64,000 bases of DNA from Octopus sinensis (taxonomy: Eukaryota), in the NCBI RefSeq assembly GCF_006345805.1, contig NC_043004.1, forward strand, positions 82,026,001 to 82,090,000. Direction: 5' to 3'. The position numbers and the translations under genes are program-made. Below, piece by piece: positions 63,094 through 64,000 of the stretch (positions within the stretch are counted from its first letter, which is position 1; every line of letters starts with the position of its first letter). A model generated the notes under the pieces. That model made no database searches, was not told the origin of the DNA, and worked only from the letters and a program-made list of their open reading frames with translations.

Positions 63094-63494
63094 CTCTTTA
63101 CTCTTTACTATTTTACTTGTTTCAGTCAGTTGACTGCGGCCATGCTGGAGCACCGCCTTTAGTCGAGCAACTCGACCCCGGCACTTATTCTTTGTAAGCC
63201 CAGTACTTATTCTATCGGTCTCTTTTGCCAAATCGCTAAGTGACGGGGACATAAACACACCAGCATCGGTTGTCAAGCAATGCTAGGGGGACAAACACAG
63301 ACACACAAACATACACGCACACACATATATACGACGGGTTTCTTCCAGTTTCCGTCTACCAAATCCACTCACAAGGTTTTGGTCGGCCCGAGGCTATAGT
63401 AGAAGACACTTGCCCAAGGTGCCACGCAGTGGGACTGAACCCGGAACCATGTGGTTGGTAAGCAAGCTACTTACCACACAGCCACTCCTGCGCC
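63094..63494 (-). mobile_element. SINE family A, full length, inverted relative to the 62426 copy
   Basis: Heads differ at about 6 of 165 positions by eye. Confidence 0.95.
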
Positions 63495-64000
63495 TTAACT
63501 CCTGGCTGTTAACAATTTGTTAGTTTGTGTTGCACTTTAAATCAGTGATGTGCATATACATGCATGCACATGTACATGTGTGTGTAAAAATGTATGTATG
63601 TGTGTACATCATCGTCATCATCATCATCAACAAGTGTTTCAAATCTGGGTTTTGTCCCCGTTAATGGGGGTAGCCAGATCTACCTCAATGGCAAGACAAC
63701 TGAGGTAGGCAAGTGCAGCCCACCCCAACCTTTGGACTGGCTGGCTGGCTGGTACCCTTCTCCTTTGCTATCATGAGGCTTCTTTGGAGCTGGATTTTCT
63801 ACGGGGAGCATGCCCTTGCTTACCCACCAACCTCAGTTTCCAGACATGTGTGGTCCTGAGACCAAGGCCTCTACCACAATTTTTAAGAAATGTGGTGGAA
63901 AACTCGTTCAGGAAGGTAAGGACGATACTGCCTGAGATTCCTTTTGGCACCCCCTACATATATATATGGCATTAGGAAGGGCATCCAACTGTTGAAACAC

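Overview
AT-rich eukaryotic DNA saturated with microsatellites and decayed transposons, with one 100-N assembly gap (42204-42303). The SINE, LINE and MITE repertoire looks like an Octopus (coleoid cephalopod) genome; this is inference from repeat recognition, not a database result. I found no host gene, tRNA, rRNA or CRISPR array that I can support. Every long non-repetitive ORF is a disrupted transposon ORF. These include RTE, CR1 (one near-complete ORF2), R4/Dong-type RLE LINEs (one near-full-length copy plus many 3' ends, mostly docked in (TAA)n), a HERO/NeSL-type RLE LINE, an L1/Tx1 LINE, a mariner, Penelope-like ends, a Helitron-like element and several MITEs. There are at least five tRNA-headed SINE families, labelled A-E here (local labels). 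The most interesting signals are four: (1) a diverse set of Penelope-type type-I hammerhead-ribozyme-like motifs, including two fold-back palindromes centred on hammerhead stems and a family with a non-canonical core; (2) apparent partitioning of microsatellite motifs among retroelements and a non-coding passenger; (3) two SINE-LINE shared-tail pairs visible inside the window (SINE A with CR1, SINE B1 with a Tx1-type tail); (4) a head-to-tail SINE B array with a fixed junction. All coordinates, alignments and folds were done by eye, so boundaries are approximate.
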